Positions 22,059 to 33,300 of a DNA stretch of 64,000 bases are shown here, in pieces. Source of the DNA: Bacteroides sp. (GTDB lineage: Bacteria > Bacteroidota > Bacteroidia > Bacteroidales > Bacteroidaceae); contig NZ_DXVR01000001.1 of the NCBI RefSeq assembly GCF_019417265.1, positions 9,018-73,017 on the forward strand, read 5' to 3'. Each line of letters begins with the position of its first letter. Positions within the stretch are counted from its first letter, which is position 1. The position numbers were made by a program, and so were the translations under genes. The notes below the pieces were generated by a model. The model was not told the DNA's origin. It did not search any database and was given only the letters and a program-made list of their open reading frames with translations.

Positions 22059-24338
22059 TCAGAAAACCATTATCTCATCAAATCTATATCTTGACTGCTG
22101 TCCTGGTCTGAGATGATTCTCCGGATTCATTCCTGCATCTGTAGCTCTAACACGGATATATCTCACTTTATCACATTTCTCAAAGTCGAATGTTATATTC
22201 TCAATATAATTACCCTCCTTGAAGATTTCATCTTTAGAGAATTTACGTTCAGCCACACAAGTGTAATTTTTTCCATCTTCTGACAAATCAATACTTATTG
22301 ATGAAGGTTTATGTACTCCCATTCCATAGTTTGTAAGGCATCCGATAACAACCTTATCAATAGTATTGGCCTCTTCCAAGTCTACAACAAATGATGATTC
22401 ATCCTTTGTGTACCATTCTGTCCACTCAAAATCAGACTGTTTAAGACTACCTCTGACACCATTTGTAAGCAATTTGTCTGTTATATTCTTTGATATAACT
22501 TTCTTGGCAGTAGCTTTATTCCATCCCAAATCGAGCGTAAGAGTTTTACCCATTTTTCTGTTATTGACAAATGTAGCACTTTTCACCGTACATTCATTCT
22601 TCACAGTAAGAAAATCACTATAGATTTCTGAATTTGAGTCAGGTTCTGTTCCATCAATAGTATATCTGACAACAACATCCGGGCGTTCACATTCAAGTTG
22701 CAGATTAAGTACACCATTCTCAGCTGAACACTTATGCTGTATATTATACATTGCTTCTGAATATATTACACCCTTGGCATCAAGATGATAAAGATATTTA
22801 TCAAGCGATTTCACAAAACCGACCCAATCCTTCTTACCTTTGGTTGTCCAGGCCACATCAGCTACGGCCGCAAGACGTGGGAATATCTGATATGTAACAT
22901 CCTGAGTAGAATTACAGAATTCTGTCCACATAGAGCCTTGAATTCCCATAAGGAGATTTTCATAACCTTCCTCCCAAGAACTCTGAACCGGCTCATACAT
23001 ATAAATATCTTTCAATGTATTGTTACCGAAATATGTAGTAGGTTCAAACCACTGTGGTCCCTGATAACGTATCAGATAAAGCAAGCGTGCCGGTGTCATT
23101 ATAAACTTATGTCCCAGTTTTGCAGCTTTAAGGGCGGCATTTCCCATTCCCTGCCATCCATAAATAATAGCCCCTTCAGGAATAGTACTATTAGTAAGTT
23201 CGTCCCATCCCATTACCGTCTTACCTTTACTCTGCACGTACTTACTCATTCTTGCCATAAAATAGCCTTGCAGTTCTTCTACATGGGTTATTCCTTCTTC
23301 CTTCATTCTTGCCTGACACTTAGGACACTTTTCCCAATGTGTTTTCCAAGCCTCATCACCACCAAGATGAATATACTTTGACGGGAACAGTTCTGCTACC
23401 TCGTCAACAATACCCTGAAGGAAAGAAAACACTTCTTCATTTCCGGCACAATAAATAATGTCTGCATTAGCCCCGCCGAGCCCCGGCAATACACCTATAA
23501 ACTTATCAACAGTAGGACAGGCCAAATGAGGATAAGCAGCCAATGCGGCATTTGAATGAGCAGGCATATCTATCTCCGGAATTATTTCAACACATCTCTT
23601 TTGCGCATGAGCAATTATCTCTTTCATATCTTCCTGGGTGTAAAATCCTCCTATTGGAGTAGGCTCGCCTGGCAAAGGATTCCTTCTGTCACAAAACAAT
23701 TCCTGCTTTCTATTAACCCTCCATGCACCAACTTCAGTCAGTTTAGGATATTTCTTTATCTCAAGTCTCCATCCGTTGTCATCCGTAAGATGTAGATGCA
23801 ACTTATTGAGTTTCAGCATAGACATACAGTCTATCACCTTCATCACGTCCTCTTTAGGCATAAAAAACCTTGAAACATCAAGCATCAGTCCACGATATTC
23901 AAAACGAGGACTGTCAGATATTTCCATAAAAGGTATTTCGTCCTTATGCTCCACACCTGCAGCCAAACGTAAAGACTGTAAGGCATAAAAGAATCCGTTT
24001 TCCGCACCTGCAACAATAGTTATACCATCGGAATCAACCTTCAGCCTATATGCTTCAGGCTCCATTGTCTTGTCTGTAACAAGGCGTATTGACGCACCTT
24101 TCTTTCCGGTCATTTCCAAATTGACACCACTGAAGCCTCTATAATCGGATATAAAAGTTTCAGCTACATTCCTCTGTAACTTATTATCTACATAGATTCC
24201 GGCTCCACTATTCAGGGTATATGAACCATTATCTGTCACCAACTGTTCAGGCGCAGGCAATATATTAACGTTCTGCGCCATAGCTCCCCCTAAAGAGGAA
24301 ACTATGGCGAGAGCTATAGCATAACCTATTTTTTTCAT
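22059..24338 (-). CDS. GH20 beta-N-acetylhexosaminidase with C-terminal F5/8-like domain
   Basis: RGLMLDVSR, HLTDDNGWR, PEIDMPAH, HLGGDEA catalytic motif, MWTE; signal peptide from MKKIG. Confidence 0.92.
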   Translation of the reverse strand: MKKIGYAIALAIVSSLGGAMAQNVNILPAPEQLVTDNGSYTLNSGAGIYVDNKLQRNVAETFISDYRGFSGVNLEMTGKKGASIRLVTDKTMEPEAYRLKVDSDGITIVAGAENGFFYALQSLRLAAGVEHKDEIPFMEISDSPRFEYRGLMLDVSRFFMPKEDVMKVIDCMSMLKLNKLHLHLTDDNGWRLEIKKYPKLTEVGAWRVNRKQELFCDRRNPLPGEPTPIGGFYTQEDMKEIIAHAQKRCVEIIPEIDMPAHSNAALAAYPHLACPTVDKFIGVLPGLGGANADIIYCAGNEEVFSFLQGIVDEVAELFPSKYIHLGGDEAWKTHWEKCPKCQARMKEEGITHVEELQGYFMARMSKYVQSKGKTVMGWDELTNSTIPEGAIIYGWQGMGNAALKAAKLGHKFIMTPARLLYLIRYQGPQWFEPTTYFGNNTLKDIYMYEPVQSSWEEGYENLLMGIQGSMWTEFCNSTQDVTYQIFPRLAAVADVAWTTKGKKDWVGFVKSLDKYLYHLDAKGVIYSEAMYNIQHKCSAENGVLNLQLECERPDVVVRYTIDGTEPDSNSEIYSDFLTVKNECTVKSATFVNNRKMGKTLTLDLGWNKATAKKVISKNITDKLLTNGVRGSLKQSDFEWTEWYTKDESSFVVDLEEANTIDKVVIGCLTNYGMGVHKPSSISIDLSEDGKNYTCVAERKFSKDEIFKEGNYIENITFDFEKCDKVRYIRVRATDAGMNPENHLRPGQQSRYRFDEIMVF

Positions 24339-24371
24339 CACAATCATTATTGGGTGATAGTTTTCGTATGT

Positions 24372-26195
24372 TTATTTTTTAACGCTTACACCTATCTCAT
24401 TTATATTTACTACAGAAGGAGTTCCATTTACAGAAACGGCATCCAAGCGTATAAATTTAATACCGTCCGCTCCTTCTATAGATACAGTCTGAGGAATAGG
24501 ATTATTCATTATATTACTGAATTCACTGTCTTTCTTCAATGTCTTCCAGTTTTTGCCATCAGAACTTACAGAGAAAGAATATTTGAAAGCCATATCAGGT
24601 TTTGCTTCCGCCTTGGCCGGGGCATAAGTAAATGCAGAAAGTGAAACCTTCTTTCCGAGGTCGATTACAAGCGGTGAATTAGAAACTACCTTCCAACTTT
24701 CACGCGGCAAATTGTTCCATTCCTGATTTGCTGCATCATCTGAAAGCGGATTTGCATAATAAGCTGCTACATTGCATATATTGGCAATATTTCTTGAAGC
24801 CTTAATAGTGACACGCATTTTCTCAGCCTTAACAGCCGGGAATCTGAACATTCTCTTATAACCTATAGTAGTTCCCTGTGCAACAGTCTTCCATGCTCCG
24901 TCAGTGAATACTTCCACATCAACCTCCTCTACTCTCTGTCCCTTAGAGATATCCTCCTGGAGCATTACCACATTAATTTCGGAATTATCTTTTATCACAT
25001 ATTCTTTCTGCTGTCCCTGAGCTGCTTTCCAAAGCTTATTACCATCAATCACCTTATTATCAGCAAAGGCCTCATCAAGATAAGCCCTGAAATCTTTTAG
25101 CCTGCTCACATCTGCTTCATTTATAAGTCCTCTTGTGTCAGGAGGAATATTCAGAAGCAACACAGAGTTATAACCTACAGACTGGAAATAAATATCAGTA
25201 AGATGCTTCAGGGATTTCACTTTACTGTCCTGATTCTTATGATAGAACCATCCCGGACGGATAGACACATCCACTTCCGAAGGATACCAGAACAATTCCT
25301 TTGCTTTAGCAAGAATATCTCTACCCCCAAGGTCTTCAGCCTTACCATATACACCAAGAGCCTTGTTATTCTCGGCTGCACGTGCATACACTCCAGGTGT
25401 TAGAACCGTAGCACTCCATTCTGTTTCACGACCAATACCTTTTTCATTACCTACCCAACGCACATCATCCCCCATAATTGCAGTAACAGCCTTAGGCTGG
25501 AGAGTACGGATAGTAGAATAGAAAGCATCCCAGTCATAAACCTGTTTCTTACCGTTTGGTCCTTCACCATTTGCACCATCGAACCATACCTCATGCACTT
25601 CACCATAGTTGGTAAGAAGTTCTGTAAGCTGTTCTATGAAGAATTTATTATATGCAGGTGAGTCGCCATAGCATTCAGCATTTCTGTCCCATGGTGAAAG
25701 ATATACTCCAAACTTCATGCCGTATTTATCGCAGGCCTGACGCAATTCCTTCACCACATCCCCCTTACCGTCTTTCCAAGGAGAAGACTCCACGGAATGT
25801 TTAGTAGTCTTTGTTGGCCAAAGGCAGAATCCATCATGATGTTTGGCTGTTATAATAACCATCTTGAAGCCCGCATCCTTAAGAGTGCGCACCCACTGTT
25901 CTGCATCCAGTTCTGTAGGATTGAACAGAGCCGGATCTTCCTTACCATCACCCCATTCGCGTCCGGTAAATGTATTAATACCGAAATGCAGAAAAGCTGT
26001 AAGCTCCATCTTCTGCCATTCAAACTGCTGTGGAGTCGGCACCAGGCGAGAGGCCATATCAATTTTCTGATCAAAAGTTATACCTTCCGGGAACTTTAGA
26101 TGCTTTGTGTAGTATTCTTCCTGAGTCGCACACGATGAAAATGGAAGAATCAGCGATGATATAGCCAATGAGTATAGTATATTATTCAGTTTCAT
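24372..26195 (-). CDS. GH29 alpha-L-fucosidase lipoprotein (alpha-1,3/4 type) with C-terminal F5/8-like domains
   Basis: Lipobox FSSC; FLHFG, TAKHHDGFCLW, YLSPWD, WFDGA, RWVGNE, EVDVSIRPGWFYH. Confidence 0.92.
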   Translation of the reverse strand: MKLNNILYSLAISSLILPFSSCATQEEYYTKHLKFPEGITFDQKIDMASRLVPTPQQFEWQKMELTAFLHFGINTFTGREWGDGKEDPALFNPTELDAEQWVRTLKDAGFKMVIITAKHHDGFCLWPTKTTKHSVESSPWKDGKGDVVKELRQACDKYGMKFGVYLSPWDRNAECYGDSPAYNKFFIEQLTELLTNYGEVHEVWFDGANGEGPNGKKQVYDWDAFYSTIRTLQPKAVTAIMGDDVRWVGNEKGIGRETEWSATVLTPGVYARAAENNKALGVYGKAEDLGGRDILAKAKELFWYPSEVDVSIRPGWFYHKNQDSKVKSLKHLTDIYFQSVGYNSVLLLNIPPDTRGLINEADVSRLKDFRAYLDEAFADNKVIDGNKLWKAAQGQQKEYVIKDNSEINVVMLQEDISKGQRVEEVDVEVFTDGAWKTVAQGTTIGYKRMFRFPAVKAEKMRVTIKASRNIANICNVAAYYANPLSDDAANQEWNNLPRESWKVVSNSPLVIDLGKKVSLSAFTYAPAKAEAKPDMAFKYSFSVSSDGKNWKTLKKDSEFSNIMNNPIPQTVSIEGADGIKFIRLDAVSVNGTPSVVNINEIGVSVKK

Positions 26196-26265
26196 TTATA
26201 GTTAAATTTTAATATCTTACTTTCTTTATTCCTATTCCGAAAGTTTGTATATACGTCGGTTTCAG

Positions 26266-26380
26266 TGAACGGCAAATGAACACTCCGTGAACGCTAAATG
26301 AAGCGTATATGAATATTTCGTTTTATCTGATTTAACTACCGTTTAAATGGTATTTAAACAGTCTTTAAATAGCGTTTAAA
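26266..26380. repeat. Two adjacent 11-bp-period arrays (TGAAN x5, TTTAA x5)
   Basis: TGAA at 26266, 26277, 26288, 26299, 26310; TTTAA at 26331, 26342, 26353, 26364, 26375. Confidence 0.8.
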
Positions 26381-26460
26381 CTAAACGTATTATACAATTT
26401 ATAAAGAAAGGCGGGGCACCTGATATATGGATATCACGGCCTCCGCCAAACTGTTATTGA

Positions 26461-28377
26461 TTAATAGAATATTGATTTATTATATGGCATTCCATGATCG
26501 CTATATGTATTATCTATATAGAAACGTATCCAGTCAATTTCCATACGAGGAACAGGTGAGTTAGACCAATTATAATTATCAGCACGTACAAGATCTGTAG
26601 TCAGATGTTGGAAAGTTGATGCGTCAGGTTCTACCTTATTCAAGAACATCATTGACAAAATATAATATAGTCCTTCAGTATTAACCTGATCTGAGAATGG
26701 CCATCTTGTTCCTTTCTGGCTACACTCCTCTTCTGTTAATCTAAGAACTTCTTTTCCATTAATACCCATTGTAACTGTAGAATTATCAATCCATTCCATC
26801 CAATAAATATTGAATTCCTCTAATTTATTTTCAAAATTCGGGACTCCATTTGGCGTAGTAGGATTATATGCATCACCCTGTCCTGGACTTTGATGTCCAA
26901 CATGATATGTCATCTCTACATTATTAGGTAATTTCCTTGAGTTATTCTCCATAACATCAATCTCTCCAAAATCAGGCCACTGGTTCCAAGTAGCATCATT
27001 AGATACCTGTTTATTACCTTGTAACCAAATACCAGGAAGCATTCCTGTATTTTTACATCCTCTAATTCTTGCTCTCGTTTCAATACGCATACCAGGATAT
27101 ATTCTTACATTTTGCGGTGCCCATTGTGATGCTGTTGGATTACCTTCTTTATGCTTATTGGCATAAAAAGCAGAAGTTCCAAAGTTTTTTACTTTTCCAT
27201 GATTACTGGTTCCTTGAATCTTTGTCTGCTCTTTAAGAGTTATCATCCTTAAATATCCTTCATCAGTTACCCATCCATATTTTGAATTATCACAGCCACC
27301 GGCAGTCTGTATGGCTTCTGTTGTTTGATCTGCGAAACACATTGGATACCTATCACTTGTATAACCCATTTGTCCTGTCTTTTTTGTTATACATGAAGGG
27401 ATACAATGAAACTCATAAGCTCTATAAAATTTCCATTTACCTTCCGGCAACACATTTCCGCTGTTTGGATGAGGGTCACCTTCCTTCATTATCTTGTAAT
27501 AAGTTTGTCCCCATGTCTGTACTGCCTTTTCATTTTTCTCAGAAACGAACATTTGATCAGGATCTTCATACAGATAACGTTCATCACGAACTTCATAAGA
27601 ATCAAGACCTTTATGCGCATCCGGTCTATTAATCTTAAACTGAGAAGTAGCTAACGGATATTTCTCTGATGCACAATTAAGTATCAATGTCAAAACCTCA
27701 TCTTCAGTAGTATTTTTATCACTTACCATTGTTATTACCTCACTTTCCACAGAAGTTTCTCCTGCTGGAATAATCATTTCCTCTGGCAGATTATTATATC
27801 TATCTCTTTCTCCATCTTTTGGAGATATACTAATAGTCAAATCTTCAGCTGAAGGTGTGTCTATGGTGGCAGTTAGAACAAAAGTTCTTCCTTCACGCAC
27901 TGTATTATCAGAACTATTCTTAATTGCCAATGTTATATAATGATAATCAGAAACTGTAAATGTTTGTGACGGATTATTCAATTTATAACTGCGAACAAAA
28001 GCACTCAATGTAACAAAATGTTGAGAAGAGATACCTTCCTTTATAACAGGTACAGACACTGTTTTTGTTTTTTCACCTTTACTAAAGGTCACATTAGAAG
28101 GAAAATTCTCAAATAGAACAGCAGGTTTTTCAATATCTGAACTCTGCAAGCTAAGTTCTATATTGAAATCCTCATTTGATATCTCACTTTTTTCATCTGT
28201 TACAGAAAAAGTAATATCCAAGTTATCTCCCATTACCAGATTACTATTGGCAATAGTCATGGTCAAGTCAACAGGTTCTGGTAATGCTCCTACTGTAGCA
28301 TCATCTTTACAGCCAACCATAAGACCAGCCATAACAATAGCAGAGAAACTCCATATTTGTTTAATACATGTTTTCAT
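26461..28377 (-). CDS. Surface lipoprotein endo-glycanase, GH16 with N-terminal Ig/Calx-beta-like domains
   Basis: Lipobox MVGC; beta-rich repeats (VTFSKGEKTKTV, IIPAGETSV); GMLPGIWL and EIDVME (ExDxxE); immediately downstream of susD. Confidence 0.85.
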   Translation of the reverse strand: MKTCIKQIWSFSAIVMAGLMVGCKDDATVGALPEPVDLTMTIANSNLVMGDNLDITFSVTDEKSEISNEDFNIELSLQSSDIEKPAVLFENFPSNVTFSKGEKTKTVSVPVIKEGISSQHFVTLSAFVRSYKLNNPSQTFTVSDYHYITLAIKNSSDNTVREGRTFVLTATIDTPSAEDLTISISPKDGERDRYNNLPEEMIIPAGETSVESEVITMVSDKNTTEDEVLTLILNCASEKYPLATSQFKINRPDAHKGLDSYEVRDERYLYEDPDQMFVSEKNEKAVQTWGQTYYKIMKEGDPHPNSGNVLPEGKWKFYRAYEFHCIPSCITKKTGQMGYTSDRYPMCFADQTTEAIQTAGGCDNSKYGWVTDEGYLRMITLKEQTKIQGTSNHGKVKNFGTSAFYANKHKEGNPTASQWAPQNVRIYPGMRIETRARIRGCKNTGMLPGIWLQGNKQVSNDATWNQWPDFGEIDVMENNSRKLPNNVEMTYHVGHQSPGQGDAYNPTTPNGVPNFENKLEEFNIYWMEWIDNSTVTMGINGKEVLRLTEEECSQKGTRWPFSDQVNTEGLYYILSMMFLNKVEPDASTFQHLTTDLVRADNYNWSNSPVPRMEIDWIRFYIDNTYSDHGMPYNKSIFY

Positions 28378-28405
28378 CGTTCAATCTTTTTAAGTTTGTT
28401 TTATA

Positions 28406-28441
28406 TTGAAGAGACTTAAGCCCCCCAGCATGTCTCTTCAA
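28406..28441. terminator. Stem-loop between susD and the GH16 gene
   Basis: TTGAAGAGAC...GTCTCTTCAA inverted repeat. Confidence 0.5.
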
Positions 28442-28477
28442 ATAATCACCTCAATAAAACTTATAATCTTTTATTTA

Positions 28478-30322
28478 TTATTCCCAACCTGGATTTTGTT
28501 TTAGTTTCTTATTCAAAGCCAATTCATCCGGTGAAATTGGCAACAGATAATCTCTTCCCGGATTAAACTGATAACCATTAGGTAAAAGAGCTTGTAATGG
28601 GTCCATCCATTTGTTATTGTCTACCAACACACGCTTTAGGGCATCAGCTGTTTCCTGTACACTTGTATTAAATGATTTATACAAAACGCCATCTTCACCC
28701 AAATAAGCACCTTTTCCTCTTTTATTAACAATAAGTTTATGTGCTCCCCAACGCATCAGGTCATCAAATCTAAATCCCTGCAAAGCTAACTCTGAACGAC
28801 GTTCACGTCTGATTTCCTGAAGGTTTGCAGATATTTCATATCCAAAATCTGAGAAATTAGGATCTTTTCCCATTTCAGATGGTTTAATGTAAGTCACTCC
28901 TGCTCTTTCTCTTAATGCCTTTATAGTTTTATTAAGTACATCATCTTTACATTGTTCAAGTTCTTCTGCTGCTTCTGCATAAGCAAGTAATGCCTCTGAA
29001 TATCTTATAATCGGTAATCCAGTATCCCAGAAAGATGAATTTGTATAAGTAGTATCAACTCCCAAAGTTGTGTGATAACCTGTAATATTTCTCGCATTAC
29101 CATCTCCTGTCAGATATGGAGAAAGAATCTCTGAATTTGACTTCTTTATCTCGTCTGACTCTCCTGTCTGATATTCTTTTACACACATTGGTCTTGTAAT
29201 AGTAGCCGACCTGAACTTATGACCTGTACTCATCACTGTTTCTGTAAGACGAGGATCGCGATTCTTGAATGTTTCATTGAAATCCTTATATTTAGTATCG
29301 TTCGGATTTATAAAAGTTCCATTAGCATTCAAATAGTTATCGACAAGCGACTGAGACAAGCCGGCAGCACCGTTGTTGTCAACCACACCTGAAGCCAACA
29401 ATGTAGTCACACTGTGATAAACACCTTCTGCTACAGAATATTTTCTCCAGAAAAGGACTTCAGGAACTTTTGAATAATCCTGCTTGTTAAAAAGATTTGC
29501 AAAAGCATCAGCACCAGACTCAGCACCAAAAGGATCATTATCTTTTGTATTAAGTTCAATCCCTGCTTTAAACAGTTCATCACCCCATGCAATTACCTGC
29601 TGAAAAAAGTATTTTGACTCATTAGTTTCAGAAGCAAAAGCATCGTTAGCATGATACTTCTCCCAACTACCTTCATATAGAGCTACATTCATTGCTAATA
29701 CCATAGCAGCCTCTTTATTTATTCTCAGGCCACTGTAAACAGAGCGTGAATGAAGAAGATTTTTTGCATCTTCCAAATCTTTAAGTATAAATCTTGCTAC
29801 CTCATTACGTGGTTTCTGTTCTATCTGGAGTCCTTCTACAGTTGCATTACCATCCCAAAATGAATCCATAATAGGAATATTACCGAAACGCTTCAACAAA
29901 TAGAAGTGCCAATATGCTCTAATAAAATGGGCCTCACCTTTCAAAGAACGTATATTATCATTCTCATCAGCCTCATCTATTACATAATAATTAAAGAAAT
30001 AATTAATGTCACGCAAATTCTGATAACCTGTTGACCATTCTGTTGAACCACTAAATGCTGTGTATTCACCATTAAGTCTTGTATCATATTTCTCAGACAA
30101 AATATTATCACTGTTTTTATCTTCGCCTCTAACTCCAATTCCATATTGTGTATAAGAAGGAAGAGCTATATACATACCATTGATATAGCTGCGAACCTGA
30201 TTCTCTGTAGAAAGATAGGTTTCGTTATTTGGTTCAGTTAATGGCATACGGTCCAGAAAATCCGAACATGACGTAGCAAGCGTTCCGGCTACCATCAACA
30301 TCATAAATATTGTTTTTTTCAT
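28478..30322 (-). CDS. susD: SusD/RagB family glycan-binding lipoprotein
   Basis: Lipobox ATSC-SDFLD; GEAHFIRA, RDPRL, RYSEALL, IRRERRSELALQGFRFDDL, LKQNPGW. Confidence 0.95.
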   Translation of the reverse strand: MKKTIFMMLMVAGTLATSCSDFLDRMPLTEPNNETYLSTENQVRSYINGMYIALPSYTQYGIGVRGEDKNSDNILSEKYDTRLNGEYTAFSGSTEWSTGYQNLRDINYFFNYYVIDEADENDNIRSLKGEAHFIRAYWHFYLLKRFGNIPIMDSFWDGNATVEGLQIEQKPRNEVARFILKDLEDAKNLLHSRSVYSGLRINKEAAMVLAMNVALYEGSWEKYHANDAFASETNESKYFFQQVIAWGDELFKAGIELNTKDNDPFGAESGADAFANLFNKQDYSKVPEVLFWRKYSVAEGVYHSVTTLLASGVVDNNGAAGLSQSLVDNYLNANGTFINPNDTKYKDFNETFKNRDPRLTETVMSTGHKFRSATITRPMCVKEYQTGESDEIKKSNSEILSPYLTGDGNARNITGYHTTLGVDTTYTNSSFWDTGLPIIRYSEALLAYAEAAEELEQCKDDVLNKTIKALRERAGVTYIKPSEMGKDPNFSDFGYEISANLQEIRRERRSELALQGFRFDDLMRWGAHKLIVNKRGKGAYLGEDGVLYKSFNTSVQETADALKRVLVDNNKWMDPLQALLPNGYQFNPGRDYLLPISPDELALNKKLKQNPGWE

Positions 30323-30334
30323 ATTGTCAGTTAT

Positions 30335-33300
30335 TTAGAAAGTTAAATCAATACCAAATACAAAATTACGGTTCATAGGATATACCTTAGCATTACCGTT
30401 CTGCTTAAGAGGAGTAGTCAGACCTGGAGCAGATTCGTTACTACCACCTGCCCATGTATTAACCTGATTGATTGTTTCAGGGTCAAATGCATCTGGCAGA
30501 TTGTCTATTGTGAACAAGTTATCACAAGTGAAATATACTTTCAGATTCTCAAGTCCTAATGTCTTAGCAACATTCTTCTGGAATGTATATGATACCATAA
30601 GATTCTTCATACGCATGTAAGCAGCATTCATCAAGTATCTTGTTGTATTATATCCGGTATTTACCAACCAGTCTGTATCTCCACCACCTGTAGTTGCATC
30701 TGTCAATCGTGGCAGATAACCATTCGGTGTTGTATAAGTGAAATGATCCAAATGATCTTTGAAGTAGTTTCTACCTCCATATAAGTATGTACTTCCAGCC
30801 ATTGGGAAATCACGTTTTGCTACACCTTGTAAAAGAGTTGATACTTCAAAACCTTTATAACCTACATTTAGATTGATACCAAATGAGTATCTTGGAGTAG
30901 TATTACCAATAATTCTCAAGTCTCCATGATCCGCCAAAGTTCCATTTCCCGGGTTAACCTTACCGTCACCATTGACATCTACATACTTAACATCACCTGG
31001 CTGCCACTGTGAAGCAGGTTTAAAGAATGAAAGGTCAGTATCTTTTAGATAGTTATCTATCTCCTGATTTGACATAAACAAATCGTCAGCTACATAACCC
31101 CAAATATCACCTATATCCATTCCTTCATAATAACCTTTATTACGGTCAAGACCTGTGTGATTATTGTAGATAATACCTTCTGGATTATTATATTCTGTAA
31201 TTACAGCCTTGTAGTCGAACAAATTGAAACCGATACCATATCTGAATCCGCATTTCAATTCATCCTGCCAGTTTACAGAAAGTTCCCATCCACGGTTACG
31301 CAGAGTTGCATTGTTTACCTTTGCACGGTCCTCAGGGATAATACCACTTATTGATGGTATAGCCTCAGCCGGACCAATCATATCACGTGTCATACGCTGA
31401 TAAATATCAGCTGTAATAGTAAGTCTACTGTCAAACATCGTCAAGTCGACTCCGAGATTGGCATTGTCAACCTTTTCCCAAGTAATGTATGGACTAATCA
31501 TTTTTGGAGTAAGGGCAACGGTTCCTTTTGAGATTGAGCCATCTGAAGTTCCAGGCAAAAGCCATGCATCCTGATGTGCAGAGTTAAGGATCATTGTTCC
31601 AAGATAATCATAGAAACCGGCACCATTCTGATTACCAAGTCGACCATATGACAAACGTACTTTCAACTGCGAAATAGGAGTATTAAGTTTCTGGAAATAT
31701 TCTGTACGTGCGATATCGTAACCTCCTGAGAATGAAGGGAAGAATCCCCATCTATGTCCGGGTGCAAATCTTGAAGAGCCATCATAACGTCCACTGAATT
31801 CAAGGAAATAAACATTCTGGTAATTCCAGTTCAAACGTGTAAAGAATCCCATTGTAGACCAGTGATTACGTGTATCACCAGCATAAAGAACTCCATTTGC
31901 ATTATTAAATGAGAAAATATCTTCACTCAACATTCCGTCCTTATAAGTAAATCCATTTGAATTTTCCTGAAGTTCCATCTGGTAACCGGCCATTGCTTTA
32001 AAGAAATGGTCACCCCACTGATTTGTATAAGAAGAAGATATACTTGGAGATAAATAATAATTAAACAGATTACCTTTTGTATATGAACCAAACTGAGAAT
32101 TCTTCCATGTCATACCTGGATACTGATATCCCTGCTTACCTCCGGTAATAGTCTTTACAGTACCATTATACAAAGAAGTTTTAGGGAATCCCATCACAAA
32201 ATCATTATTTTCAACATCCATACGGATTTTCATTTCACCAATAATATCCCATCCTTTAAGAGGAGTTATAGTTGCCGACATAGACATAGCATCAGAGATT
32301 CTATTCTGATTATACTTGGTGTTCTGCATATACAGCATTTCATTCCACTCAGGCGTATTATAATTTTCAACAGGAAGTTTTGTCACCTGGGTTGGGTATC
32401 TGTCAGCAATTGTTCCATAGAAGATTGTTTGATTTGCCATAGGACGCTTAATCATATTAAGCGACAGGTTATTATTGAAATTAAACTTTAACCAATCGTT
32501 TGCATTAAACTGCAATTTGGTATTTACGCTATACTTACTGATATTATCTTCCACGTGATCCATCAAACCGTCCTGGTAAGTATATCCAAGTCCTATATAA
32601 TAAGTAATCTTATCAGAGCCACCTGATATATTCAAATTATGAGAATGGCGAAGAGCTTTATCTTTAAAATAATAATCAAACCAATCAGTATTAGCATATT
32701 GACTATAATATGTTGATGCCCATCCGTCACCAGCCTGATTAGCATCTATACCTGGAAACTCTGCTGAATATGGATTGTTCATAAACCCTTTAAGACGTTC
32801 TATTGCTTGAGCAGAGAATAAGGCTGTCTGACCTGTATTGGTTCTCATCTCATTTACATAATTTGCAAACTCCAAAGAATTCATACTTGCTGGAACATTT
32901 ATCGGAGAACTATAACCAACCGTTCCACGATAAGTGACACGAGCCTTACCACTCTTACCGCTTTTAGTTGTAACCAATACCACACCATAAGCAGCACGAG
33001 CGCCATACACAGCCGCTGCAGAAGCATCTTTCAAGACAGAGATACTTTCGATATCTGCCGGATTAACATTCTGCATACTCTGTTCCACACCATCAACAAG
33101 CACGTATGGTTCACCACCGTTGATAGAACCGATACCACGGATGTTGAACTTAATCTCAGCACCCATTTCACCACCGACTCCGTCTGCCGCAGCATCTGAC
33201 GCAAAGTTCAAACCGGCAACATTACCTTGAAGCGCACTTGTAAGGTCTGTTACAGGACGGTTCACGATGGCATCCTGATTGACCGTAGCCACAGCTGCTG

